From: Macrostomum hystrix
Lineage: Eukaryota > Animalia > Platyhelminthes
Reading direction: 5' to 3'
Assembly (NCBI GenBank): GCA_950097015.1
Contig: CATNEN010000015.1
Coordinates: 1,922,001-1,986,000 of the forward strand
Length of the DNA stretch: 64,000 nucleotides
Part shown: piece after piece, positions 21,010-33,244 of the stretch
Layout: each line of letters opens with the position of its first letter
Position numbering within the stretch: position 1 is the stretch's first letter
Notes under the pieces: model-generated
What the model was told of the DNA's origin: nothing
Databases searched by the model: none
Seen by the model: only the letters and a program-made list of their open reading frames with translations
Position numbers and translations under genes: made by a program

Positions 21010-23182
21010 TAATGACATTCAAACTGAGTGGGTAACACTGAAACTGAGGGGATAACACTGAAACTGAGGGGATAACACTGAAACTGAGGGGATAACACTG
21101 AAACTGAGGGGATAACATTCAAACTGATGGGATAACACTGAAACTGAGTGGGTAACACTGAAACTGAGTGGGTAACACTGAAACTGAGGGGATAACACTG
21201 AAACTGAGGGGATAACATTCAAACTGATGGGATAACACTGAAACTGAGTGGGTAACACTGAAACTGAGTGGGTAACACTGAAACTGAGGGGATAACACTG
21301 AAACTGAGGGGATAACACTGAAACTGAGGGGATAACATTCAAACTGATGGGATAACACTGAAACTGAGGGGATAACACTGAAACTGAGTGGGTAACACTG
21401 AAACTGAGTGGATAACACTGAAACTGAGGGGATAACATTCAAACTGAGGGGATAACACTGAAACTGAGGGGATAACACTGAAACTGAGGGGATAACACTG
21501 AAACTGAGGGGATAACATTCAAACTGATGGGATAACACTGAAACTGAGTGGGTAACACTGAAACTGAGTGGGTAACACTGAAACTGAGGGGATAACACTG
21601 AAACTGAGGGGATAACATTCAAACTGATGGGATAACACTGAAACTGAGTGGGTAACACTGAAACTGAGTGGGTAACACTGAAACTGAGGGGATAACACTG
21701 AAACTGAGGGGATAACACTGAAACTGAGGGGATAACACTGAAACTGAGGGGATAACATTCAAACTGATGGGATAACACTGAAACTGAGTGGGTAACACTG
21801 AAACTGAGTGGGTAACACTGAAACTGAGTGGGTAACGCTGAAACTTAGTGGATAACACTGAAACTGAGTGGATAACACTGAAACTGAGGGGATAACACTG
21901 AAACTGAGGGGATAACACTGAAACTGAGGGGATAACACTGAAACTGAGGGGATAACACTGAAACTGAGGGGATAACACTGAAACTGAGTGGATAACACTG
22001 AAACTGAGGGGATAACACTGAAACTGAGGGGATAACATTCAAACTGATGGGATAACACTGAAACTGAGTGGGTAACACTGAAACTGAGTGGGTAACACTG
22101 AAACTGAGTGGATGACACTGAAACTGAGGGGATAACACTGAAACTGAGGGGATAACACTGAAACTGAGGGGATAACATTCAAACTGATGGGATAACACTG
22201 AAACTGAGTGGGTAACACTGAAACTGAGTGGATAACACTGAAACTGAGTGGGTAAAACTGAAACTGAGTGGATAACACTGAAACTGAGTGGATAACACTG
22301 AAACTGAGGGGATAACACTGAAACTGAGTGGATAACACTGAAACTGAGTGGATAACACTGAAACTGAGTGGGTGACACTGAAACTGAGGGGATAACACTG
22401 AAACTGAGTGGATAACACTGAAACTGAGTGGATAACACTGAAACTGAGTGGATAACACTGAAACTGAGTGGATAACACTGAAACTGAGTGGATAACACTG
22501 AAACTGAGGGGATAACACTGAAACTGAGTGGATAACACTGAAACTGAGTGGGTGACACTGAAACTGAGGGGGTAACACTGAAACTGAGTGGATAACACTG
22601 AAACTGAGTGGATAACACTGAAACTGAGTGGATAACACTGAAACTGAGTGGATAACACTGAAACTGAGTGGATAACACTGAAACTGAGTGGATAACACTG
22701 AAACTGAGTGGATAACACTGAAACTGAGTGGATAACACTGAAACTGAGTGGGTGACACTGAAACTGAGGGGGTAACACTGAAACTGAGTGGATAACACTG
22801 AAACTGAGTGGATAACACTGAAACTGAGTGGATAACACTGAAACTGAGTGGATAACACTGAAACTGAGTGGATGACACTGAAACTGAGGGGATAGCATTC
22901 AAACTGATGGGATAACACTGAAACTGAGGGGATAACACTGAAACTGAGTGGATGACACTGAAACTGAGTGGATGACACTGAAACTGAGGGGATAGCATTC
23001 AAACTGATGGGATAACACTGAAACTGAGGGGATAACACTGAAACTGAGTGGATGACACTGAAACTGAGGGGATGACACTGAAACTGAGGGGATAACACTG
23101 AAACTGAGTGGATGACACTGAAACTGAGTGGATAACACTGAAACTGAGGGGATAACACTGAAACTGAGGGGATGACACTCAA
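21010..23182. repeat. 20-bp satellite AAACTGAG(G/T)GG(A/G)TAACACTG, about 108 copies
   Basis: Strict 20-bp register across lines, with recurrent variants. Confidence 0.98.
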
Positions 23183-23187
23183 ACTAC

Positions 23188-23477
23188 CTGCGTGATCCGT
23201 GTGAACACGAAGGTACGAGTGCAACAAAATGGCTCCCAACCTTTCTCTGAGCGTCCCGCCGCATGCCGATGTATTCCGCCAGAGACATGGCTCCCTTCTG
23301 CTGCTGATGACGGTGGTGGCTGTGCTGCCGCTGCTGGTTGGCCGCTGTTGAGCCACTACTGCTGTGAGCTGCCGCAGCGGAAGAAGTCGACATTTCTGAC
23401 TGGGAAGGGCTTTTTGTATTATTTTCCAGATCAGCAAGGTCTCGCCCCACAGGTGGCCAAAAAGCTTCCTGCCTGAC
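23188..23477 (-). CDS. Isolated putative exon (…MSTSSAAAAHSSSGSTAANQQRQHSHHRHQQQKGAMSLAEYIGMRRDAQRKVGSHFVALVPSCSHGS…)
   Basis: Bounded by gcttgcag| and cgcag|gtagtt; GC-rich and open, with low-complexity S/Q/H. Downstream partner exon not found. Confidence 0.4.
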
Positions 23478-24231
23478 CTGCAAGCAGAGCCGGGATAGGA
23501 CAGGGGCTGGGAGACGTGAACGGACAGGGGGATAACAAAGGCGATGCAGTGAACAGATGCGATCTGCTATTGTCTTCCTCTATGCACTTTTAAACTATGA
23601 GTTTTTTAATGCGGCTTTGAATGGCAGGCCAGTTAGCGTGGGTGGGATATGGAAGAGTTGGCGGGGCACAGGTGAGAGATAAAAGTAACAGGTCCGCTGA
23701 TTATCCTACCAGGAAATGCAGCTCTGCGATGCTATTAGCGATGAGAACACTATAATTTCTAGGTAGAGACTGCAGCTCTACCACATTTTCTCCCATGAAA
23801 TCCTACTCTAAAATTTCTTTCCAAATGCCGTTTGATTGGCAAAGTTTTCTGCAGAAAATCCTCTCTCCTAGTCTGGCTCTCAGCAGCCTGGCAGGCCCGT
23901 GATTGGCTGGCCGCAGAGGCTCGCCAGGTGGCCCTTTGAGAACGAGCTGCATGCATGCGGCATGGGAGCCAGCCAGAAATTTCTGGCTGACAATTCAGGA
24001 AGCAGGGTGTGGAGTGAGGGCGGCTATGAAAATGGCTGCTGAAAAAAGGAGAGTTCAGACCAGGATAGGGAAAAAGAGGCTAAGACGCGAAATGTTTTAG
24101 GATAGGATATTTTAGAGTTTGATGGGTAGATAATATAAATGCAGACAATGCGAAATATTCGTAAATTAGGGAAGGCAATTGTGAAGACCTCGTTTTAGAT
24201 TGGTGCACATAGAATTGGTACTTCTAAGGGG

Positions 24232-24545
24232 TCAGTGGCAGAGCGGTCTAACGCGTTTGCCTCTCGCACGAAGGTCCCTGAGTTCGATTCCGCGGCGAGG
24301 CCACATTCGTTTGGGGCGCACAGCCGCAGAGAGAAGGCTTGGTGGCTTGTCGTGCAATTTACGCCCTTGAGGGCCAGCCTCCATGACACAATTGAGAGTC
24401 AATGCGGATGTACTAACCTGTGCGAGAGTATGCCTGCGTACAATAATCTGAGTGCATGTGTGCTCAGGAGTCAGCGAAATTAACAGAATTGCCTCCTCGC
24501 TGGCTGCGGGTCTACTGTCACCAAATGACATGCCATCGCCTGCAG
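24232..24545 (+). mobile_element. SINE family 2, near full length
   Basis: A-box GTGGCAGAGCGG and B-box GAGTTCGATTCC head, a shared body and a 3' stem-loop region. A fragment also lies at 24925-24990. Confidence 0.85.
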
Positions 24546-26547
24546 TCCTGCTGAAATCAATTTATTTCTTTTATTTTTTAATGCTGAAAAATCCATCAAA
24601 AATGGCGAGTCGCCTAAGACCTAAAATCTAGGCCCCGCTCCGGCATGTAAAGGACATTTTACATTTTCCTTTCCGCCACTTTCACTGCCTCCACTACCCT
24701 CCTGAGTCACTTTTTTCATAAAACTCGGGTCTACAGTGACAAAGTCAGCTAGAAAGCGTAAACAAAGCGGCTCAAACCATTGGAAGCGGTCGGGTTGCCA
24801 TAGAAACGTCACGACGTAACCGACCAATTCTAGAGGCATTATCCAAGAGACCAATTTTTGACAATCTAAGAATAGGCTAGGAATGAAGTATATTTTGCAT
24901 GGATTTATTTGTCCCTGAGCTTTTTGGGAGCACAGCAGCGGAGAGAAGGCTTGCAATTTACGCCATTGAGGGCCAACCTCGCTTCTGGGTTTAACATTAG
25001 AATCCATTTTAAATGTTAATTTGTACCACAACAACTGCTATTTCCTTTGTCGAAATAAAAAGTGAATCACGCCTTTCAATATAGGATTCCACATTGGGGT
25101 GCAGTACAAATGCTCTTCGATTCGGTCAGAACTGTGCACTGTGTACTTAGCCCTCTAGCATTGGTTGGCACACCGTCACCATATTACAATGATATGCGAT
25201 TTTGGTCATGGAAGATAGACAATTAAAATATAAAGAATAATTTAAATCTGTCTAATAATCTGAGGTACCTCTGTCTGTACAATGAAATGACAGTCATTTT
25301 AAACAGAAAAATATCTTTCTAGAACAAAGTGGCGCTTCGGGTGAGAAGATTGTAAAACAGAGCAATGCGTATATGCGCAACAGCCTACTCATACGCTAGA
25401 GTAGTACGCACTTTTCTATGTTTCGCTAATTAAAGAAAAAAAGAAAAAAAAAGCTACAAATTTAAGCGCCTGCGCAAATATGAAACTTATAGCTGAAGCA
25501 GAAAGTAAAAACACTGAGCGGGGCAAAACAATTACGGATCGCAGGTTGGTTATACCATAGCAAACTTGTAAACGAAGCTGTGAATCGGCTTTTAAACTCA
25601 CCCTAGCGGAATTTCGCTGTGTTTTTTGTGCACTGAAGCGTTAAATCACTAAGGCATTTGTAGAAACAGATTTTGAGGCAAATAGTCACGTGCTAATAAA
25701 AGTAGGTCATTGTTGGGGGGTTGGCTGACTGCTCAAATATTTGACTTTGAGGCTTCAGCTCATGTTTTCTTCACTATGTGGGAGTTTACTTACCGAAGTA
25801 TCGGCCTTTTTCTAACAAAATTCTGCTTACGAGCTACAGATTAAGCTACTAGTTACATTTTAAGCAAACAGTTTAGCTAAAAAATGTGCAACACTGCTGT
25901 TTGACCTCTTGAGTAAAGACAAATTACAAAATAGAAGCAAGAAAGCAAAGCAAGCAAGCAAGAAGCATCTGCGAGCGAACTGCAGATTATTGTCAATCCG
26001 GGGCCGAATGACTTTGTTAGACACATCTGTCATCCCTTGAAGTGCTGGATCTCCACAGAAATATAAATAAAAAACTGGTTCAAGGGACAAGGAGAATGTT
26101 GTCCATGCAATGGCTATTTGACTAATATAAAGTGCATTTAGTTGGATTGTCCTACCGGGCACAGCACAGGCTGATCAAACGCTTCTCGTTTACCACAATA
26201 GAGTGAGGTGTAAGGTTTTGGCTCTGTAATTAGAGTGCTAAATTAGTGCAATAAGCAGTTCACCAGGCTGAGACACCGGTTATATAGCATTACCTCGGGT
26301 AGCAATTTGGGTGGGTGTAGCGGACTGGTGCAAGACTCTAGCTGAACATCACACCATGAACGTCCACCAAGGTGTGCCTTTTAGTTTCTACCAATCTGTC
26401 GATCTACCACAAAAAGCGAAGCTAGCGCAGAAGCTAGCGCAGAATTAGTGGATTAACTGCGAGGTACTGAATGCTGCGTGTTCCTCCTTGTCTCCCAGAT
26501 CCCAAGGGAAATCTCAATTCAGCGCATGTCAGCACTGACTAAAGAAA

Positions 26548-29500
26548 CTAGCAACAAGAGCCGAGCTTCTTACTGCCTTCGGCGCTTTCCTTCAGCTGAA
26601 CCGCCGACGCTCCGCTGCAGCTGCCTCCGCCGCGCATCAGCTCGGCGTCCTCGCGTTCCCATAGCAACCTGCACAGCTGCTCCACCGTGGAGCCGACGTG
26701 CCAACCTGACGCGGCGCTCGTCTCCACGAACATCGCCGCCTCCAAGGACTCGGCCAGGCGGGCTCCTTCGGAGGTGTCCACTCCGCGGCCCCTGCTGGCG
26801 TCGAGGCCCCGGAGGTCGGCCTTGTTGCCGGCCAGCACCACCGGAATGCCGGGCTCGGCACATTCGCGAATCGATTCCATCCAGTCGCGGGCGCTCAGGA
26901 AGGAGCGCTCGTGCGTGCAGTCGTACATCAGGATGACACCGTCGGCCCGACGGAAATAGGACTTGGCGATGCTGCGGAAGCGCTCCTGTGGAAGAGAGTG
27001 AAATTGACAATAATTGCCGTTATTCTGGGCGTGCTGGAATGGCAATAATAATAACTTAAGGGCTGCGGGCACTGGCACATCATTTGGTGACACTGGACTC
27101 GCAGCCAGCGAGGAGGCAATTCTGCCCATTTCGCTGACTCCTGAGCACACACGCACACAGATACCGTACGCAGGCACACGCTCACACAGGTGCGTACATC
27201 TGCCCTGACTTTTTATCATTAGACAGTGTACACTCTCACTGTGGCCTTGGAGGTTGTGTACGCATGAAGCGCGCTTTCTGACGTCTGACGAAGAAAGAAC
27301 GTCTGACGTCTGTTGTTGTTGTTGTTGTTGTTTTTGTTGTTGTTGCTGTTGTTGTTGTTGCTTGTTTTCTTAATGGTTGGTCCGCAGGGGCGCAAATTTT
27401 ACGACAAGCCCCAAAGTCAAAATTAATGTGAGTTCAGGGACCACCTTGGTGCGAGAGGCAAACGCGTTAGAGCTCTGCTACTCGCCCCCTCTAGATCTGA
27501 CAATGACCTCATCTTTTAGTTCTCAGTCTTGTTTAAATTTAGAAACTTTCAGTTAAATTTCTAGTGTGGCCCTTGTTTATGATTAAAGTTATTGTTGGTA
27601 TAATATAATTGAAGACATTCAAATTTTGAGAACGATTTCAATGAGAATGTAAAAAAATTTTCCTTTTGCAAGACCCTTAACTCTGCGTTGATTCAGCTCA
27701 CCCAGCTGTTGATAGGCATCAGCATCAGCTGGGGGAATTAAGAATGGGGGTGGCGTCCCACCTGTCCATGGACTGAACAGCCGTACACAGCCTTCACATG
27801 CGCCGCGCAATCGCTGCGGCTGTGCCGTCAGCTGCAAGTATGGCTGATGCGGGCAGGTGTAATAAAAAGTCTATTAATTTGTCGATGCAGTAAGCTTTAG
27901 TAGTCGGGATTTGAAAATTAAACCAATTATTTTTCCTTTCAATTAAGAAAAGAAACATTTTTGCGATGGCAGTGGAAGAATTTAAATTGTTTTTGTCGAT
28001 ATGCATTTTTGGAACTCTAACATTAGCCATGCCGTAAGTAGAATGTGACAACTCTTTTCTGGTCTTCACCCAAGCCACACATTTTAAGACCATACATGGT
28101 AGAGAAAACAATAGTATTTCGCCACGGCTAGAGAAGTGGCTAAAAAATACGGGCTTTGAATTTGTTGGCTACAATTTACCAACCGGAGTCTCAGCCCCAC
28201 CCGACTCCACGGCGACCACACTGAGCTCAAGGGGCTGCCAACCTCAGTCCATAGTTGGAGTCTAGCAGTGACTCATGAACTGGGACTTCACTCCATGGGA
28301 CTTAAGCACTTTGGAACTGTACACTGTAAGTTTTAAGTCCTCCGGCCTCGGGTCAAACTGTCTGCTATTAGCAAGTTCGTAAACAAAGTTAAACTGTTTT
28401 TTTGTTTTTTACTCTTTTTGTTTAACAAAACTTTATGGCTCTTAAAATTTAATTCATTCTGTAACAGGGTCATATCACACAGATTTAGCTGAATCCCACC
28501 CAATCCAGCGCTGCCTATTCTCACCTGTCCAGCGGTATCCCAGAGCTGCACGGCCACCACTCGACCGTCTACCATCAGCGTCCGGGTCTTAAAGTCCACC
28601 CCCAGAGTGGCGGTGGTGTTGGCCGTGAAGCGACCGTCGCAGAAGCGGCCTATGAAGCTGCTCTTGCCCACCGCGGCATCACCGGCCAATACCACCTTGA
28701 ACATCCGCTCAGGTGGAGACATTATGGACACCTCCGCTATTGAACCCGTCTCGCTCTCAGCCTCAGTCTCCGCTTCCTGACGTCCCGACGGTGGCGACTG
28801 CGGACACCTTCGCAGCTGAGGTCGTCGACGGCTACTGCGCAGCGGCTGCCTGCGACGGATGACTCCGTTGCTACCCGCAAAGTCGGAGTTGCAGTCGTCA
28901 AAATCCTGCGGGGCGGGGCTGCGCTCCCGACGCCCGCACTCAACCAGCGTCTCTCGCGTGGAGTGAAGACCCTCGTAGTCATCCTCAGCGTGGTCGCCGT
29001 CGTCTTCAAATTCAAATCCAATGGCGCCGCCTCCACGACCGCCGAACGGTATGACGAAGTGATCGGGAAAGTCATCCGCAGCAGAGGCTACCGATGGCTG
29101 ACGATGGTCGTCGCGACACGTCGACATGCCACTGTCGACCTCCTCATCTTCTTCGTCCTCCTCTGCGAAGGTTCCCACCCTTCGCTCTGCTTCCTCATCG
29201 AAGTTGTCCTCGATCGCGGCGGAGGTACCGATGCTACTCACTGGGCGGCAGAAGCTGCCCCGGCCAGATGACGGTGTGATGGCGCCACCGCCGCCGCCGC
29301 TGCTGACGCCACTTATTTGTCTTTCTAGGGCACAACGAAGGCTGTCATTGGTGTCACTCAGGCTGCGGTTTGCCTGCTGGAGCATTCGCAGCTGCATCGC
29401 GAGCTGCTCCTGATCGCGCTGGTAGCTCTGGAGGCTGCGTCGCTCCGCCAGCAGCTCGCGTGTTCGGCCCTCTTGATCCTGGCGCATGCGGGCAAGCTCG

Positions 29501-30420
29501 CTGCGACTCACCGCCAGGGCCGTTTCCAGCCGCTGCATGTCTGCCAGGAGGCTGCGGTTGCGCTCGCGAGTTTCTTGAACACTGCGGCGCAGACCAATCT
29601 CAGAGTTTTCGTCTGCGGCCTCTTCTCTGCCTCTCCGCTGCTGCAGTTCGTCTATCATGGTCTGCAGCTCGCTGATTTCAGCCTGCTTCCTGTCCAGCAG
29701 GTCCTGGTATTGCTCCGCCAGCCGCCGTCTCTCCTGCGCTCTCGCTCGCTGCTCCATCTTCGTCATCTGGATCTCCATTTCCTCCTCTAGCTGGCGGACG
29801 TGGCTGTCATTCGCAGCCTTCGCCCTGGCGAAGGCCTCTTCGAGGCGTTGGCGCTCTCGGCGTTGAGCACCGACCTCCTTTGCCGCGCTAACAATGATGG
29901 ACTCAAAGCTGTCCACCAGTTGCGGGTACTGGCGCTGTAGAAGGCAGTGAAGCTCGCACACCTTCTCCTGGCAGCTGAGCTGCTGCAGACCCTCCGTCAG
30001 CTGCTGCTCGAGATCAGAACTGCTCACGCTGCGCTGCTGCTGGAGCTCCGGCCTCGATGGCACGACTGATTCGTCAATGTCTAGCAGGCGCTCCTGTGAG
30101 AATGCCTTCATGCTGAGCGAGCTTCCTGCGGCATCCGCTGCAAGTTGCTGCTGCTGCTGCTGAAGCTGCCGAGACGCCAACGACAGGCTGATGGCCCTGA
30201 ACCCGGCCTGGAAGTCCGCCTCGTCCACTCGTCCATCGCCATCGGCATCCAACTGAGCGAAGATCTGGCGCACCTCGGCTGGCCGAAGATTGCCATCACA
30301 GCAGCGGGCGAGGTCATCCTCGGTGATGAAGCCGCAGCTGCCAGTGTCCAGCAGGCTGAACAACGAGGCCGCACGCTGAGATTCCGTCAAGCCGATTTTG
30401 TCGTCTGTCATTGTTGTCAT
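26548..30420 (-). CDS. RASEF: Ras and EF-hand domain-containing large Rab GTPase (RASEF/Rab45-like); exons 30420-28525 and 26985-26548 (about 777 aa)
   Basis: N-terminal EF-hands (FSLLDTGSCGFITEDDL; FAQLDADGDGRVDEADF), a long coiled coil, and a Rab domain (GDAAVGKS, TLGVDF, WDTAGQ|ERFRS, GNKADL, ETSA) with a C-terminal CC prenylation motif. The intron joins in phase 0. Confidence 0.93.
27045..27482 (-). mobile_element. SINE family 2 copy split by an insertion (27045-27257 body and tail; 27385-27482 head)
   Basis: Both halves align to 24232-24545 in reverse complement. Confidence 0.8.
27258..27375 (+). mobile_element. Short 5'-truncated retroposon 3' end with (TGT)n tail, inserted in the SINE
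   Basis: GCGC..CTGACG...(TGT)n resembles the LINE 3' end at 63590-63690 (minus). GGTTG is present on both sides as a possible TSD. Confidence 0.55.
27662..27875 (+). mobile_element. SINE family 1 copy in the RASEF intron
   Basis: GCAAGACCCTTAACTCTGCG...CACCCAGCTG...TCCATGGACTGAACAG...GCAGGTGTAAT. Confidence 0.8.
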
Positions 30421-32081
30421 GCAGCTCAAGGTGTGCTAGTGGTAGTCAGATGCAGTGCGGTGTGGCGGCACAGCATGTCAGGGCACAAAGGCAGGCCTTT
30501 TGTGCTAGCACTAGCTGAGCAAGCCGAAACTCAGGAGTCAAGAGTTCCCAGAGAGAGCGGGCAGAATGTGAGATTAAATGGAAGCAGCCGAACGATTTGG
30601 CCCAATAGTTTCCTTGCCAGAGCGGACAGTCCGCGTTCTCAAGCTAGCTTGCTGCTGCTTTTGCTTGCCCAGCGGAAGACTGCGCGAGAGGGCGAGGGCA
30701 CAGCCCGGCAAGTCGCACGTTTTTCTTCTCCTAGGCTTCAAAGCAATCTCTTGATCGGGCTAGCGGGGGAATTATCGATCCGGATCGATAGTTTTCGCTA
30801 GCTGAAAATGAGCGCATACGGGATTTCAGCCGAGCCGGGTTGGAGCTCTCGCTCACCGGCCCTGAGCGACGCGGCGACGCGGGGAGCAAGAGTCCTCTAA
30901 AGAATCGAGAGACACGAGTTGCATGACTGGGAAAACAATGGAGAAACACTCAAAATGCATTTGCAATTGAAACGAGTTGATAATAAAAGTGCTTCCGCCC
31001 GGAGCCTCGTTTGAGGGCTATTTTGGTACGAAGTATTTTATATCCGTTTTATTTAGTGCGACACTTTACGAGTATTGCCTCGAAATTGAGCTAAAAATAG
31101 GCACACACCCAGACGCTTGCCAAATATTAAACCACTCGTGCTCAAGTCTGCAGCTGGGAAAAAAATCCCATGCTTTTTAATGATCCTGTTTAATTCCGTG
31201 GCACTTTGTCTAGTCATAAAAAGCCTATAGCCCGACTCTTGAACTGACAAGAATGACAGGTTTTGTTCTGCAGCGACCAATTGTCGTTTCTTGTTAAATT
31301 TTGTGACTCCGAAATTAAATTATGTGATAATTCATAGCTTGACTAAAGTATAAGAATAGCTTTTGCCAGGCACAGGCTAAAATGTTCGCCTTATCCGATG
31401 AAAAAACTTCCAGAATCACAAAATACTATGCTTCGTCGTGATATCCAACGATTCTTGTAGGGGTGTCTGGTGGCTGAAACCACCACTAAGATACAGACAG
31501 AATTTTTATGCTCACAAATTATCATTATGCTCACATATCGGCTATTACTGTAGATTGTTTCGCATTGCTTGTATTGTTAATTTTTTCATTTCTAAACCAC
31601 AATGGATTCATCGCCAAAATTTTCCGTACAACTTTTGAGGAGGAAATTTAGCGCACTAAATTCGCTTTAAAGCTACTAAAAGTAGTTTTGTCAGAAATTC
31701 GTCAAATCTAGATTTTTATCAAAAAAGTACGAGCATCGCAAATATGGAAGAGACAGATATAGATACAGAAGATATAGAAGATCAGTTAAGTTAAAAATTT
31801 TTGGCTCAAAACTTTAGACGACACGAGACAGCAGTATGATTGCTTAGGCTCAGAAAAATGTTTGCTGAGTGAGCTGCAAGGCACGTAGGCGCACCGGATG
31901 TTAGCCTTAGTGCAAGCCGGAAGCGACTCCCAAAATCCCAAACCTGCAGTTGCGCTTTTTCTCCACACTGTATGCTCCTAGCTACTGTATGCTACTGTAC
32001 GCTAGTGACTACCTGATAACTGAAGCGGATAAAAGCATTGTGCGTAAGCAGACTTGCTCAAGTTTTTAGTTGTTTGCCCGC

Positions 32082-32969
32082 AAACTAAGTAACTAAGTAA
32101 CTAACTAACTAACTAACCAACTAACTAACTCACTCACTCACTAACTAACTAACCAAATAACTAACCAACTAACTAAGTAACTAACTAACTAACTAACCAA
32201 CTAACTAACTCACTCACTAACTAACTAACCAACTAACTAACTCACTCACTCACTAACTAACTAACCAAATAACTAACCAACTAACTAAGTAACTAACTAA
32301 CTAACTAACCAACTAACTAACTCACTCACTCACTAACTAACTAACCAAATAACTAACCAACTAACTAAGTAACTAACTAACTAACTAACCAACTAACTAA
32401 CTCACTCACTCACTAACTAACTAACCAAATAACTAACCAACTAACTAAGTAACTAACTAACTAACTAACCAACTAACTAACTCACTCACTCACTAACTAA
32501 CTAACCAAATAACTAACCAACTAACTAAGTAACTAACTAACTAACTAACCAACTAACTAACTCACTCACTCACTAACTAACTAACCAAATAACTAACCAA
32601 CTAACTAAGTAACTAACTAACTAACTAACCAACTAACTAAGTAACTAACTAACTAACTAACCAACTAACTAAGTAACTAACTAACTAACTAACCAACTAA
32701 CTAAATAAATAAATAAAAAACTAACTAACTCACTCACTCACTAACTAACTAACTAACTCACTCACTCACTAACTAACTAACTAACTCACTCACTCACTCA
32801 CTAACTAACTAACCAACTAACTAAGTAACTAACTAACTAACTAACCAACTAACTAACTAACTAAATAAATAAATAAAAAACTAACTAACTAACAAACTAA
32901 CTAACTCACTCACTCACTAACTAACTAACTAACTCACTCACTCACTCACTAACTAACCAACTAACTAAG

Positions 32970-33005
<36 letters not shown>

Positions 33006-33009
33006 CAAA

Positions 33010-33044
<35 letters not shown>

Positions 33045-33153
33045 ATAAATAAATAACTAACTAACTAACCAACTAAGTAACTAACTAACTAACTAACCAA
33101 CTAACTAACTAACTAACTAAATAAATAAATAACTAACTAACTAACCAACTAAG

Positions 33154-33240
<87 letters not shown>
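32082..33240. repeat. Compound (CTAA)n microsatellite with CTCA/CCAA/GTAA/ATAA variants and an 80-bp higher-order period
   Basis: CTCACTCACT blocks recur at 32241, 32321, 32401, 32481 and 32561. Confidence 0.97.

Positions 33241-33244
<4 letters not shown>

Noticed and set aside
21009-23437. Many long ORFs across the 20-bp satellite
   Set aside because: Artefacts of stop-free repeat frames, with no codon-level divergence pattern.
24232-24305. tRNA gene
   Set aside because: A and B boxes are present, but there is no acceptor-stem closure and it runs straight into a dispersed repeat body, so it is a SINE head.
24491-24504. GCCTCCTCGCTGGC, identical to the HDV ribozyme P3/L3 core, in SINE2 (also at about 27105-27118, minus)
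   Set aside because: I could not find a P1 partner, the P1.1 GG, the J4/2 catalytic segment or a P2 closing strand. The downstream bases instead form a simple hairpin. An RNArobo or Infernal search would settle it.
32082-33240. Interstitial telomeric repeat
   Set aside because: The unit is TTAG on the minus strand without the GG/GGG of TTAGG or TTAGGG telomeres.
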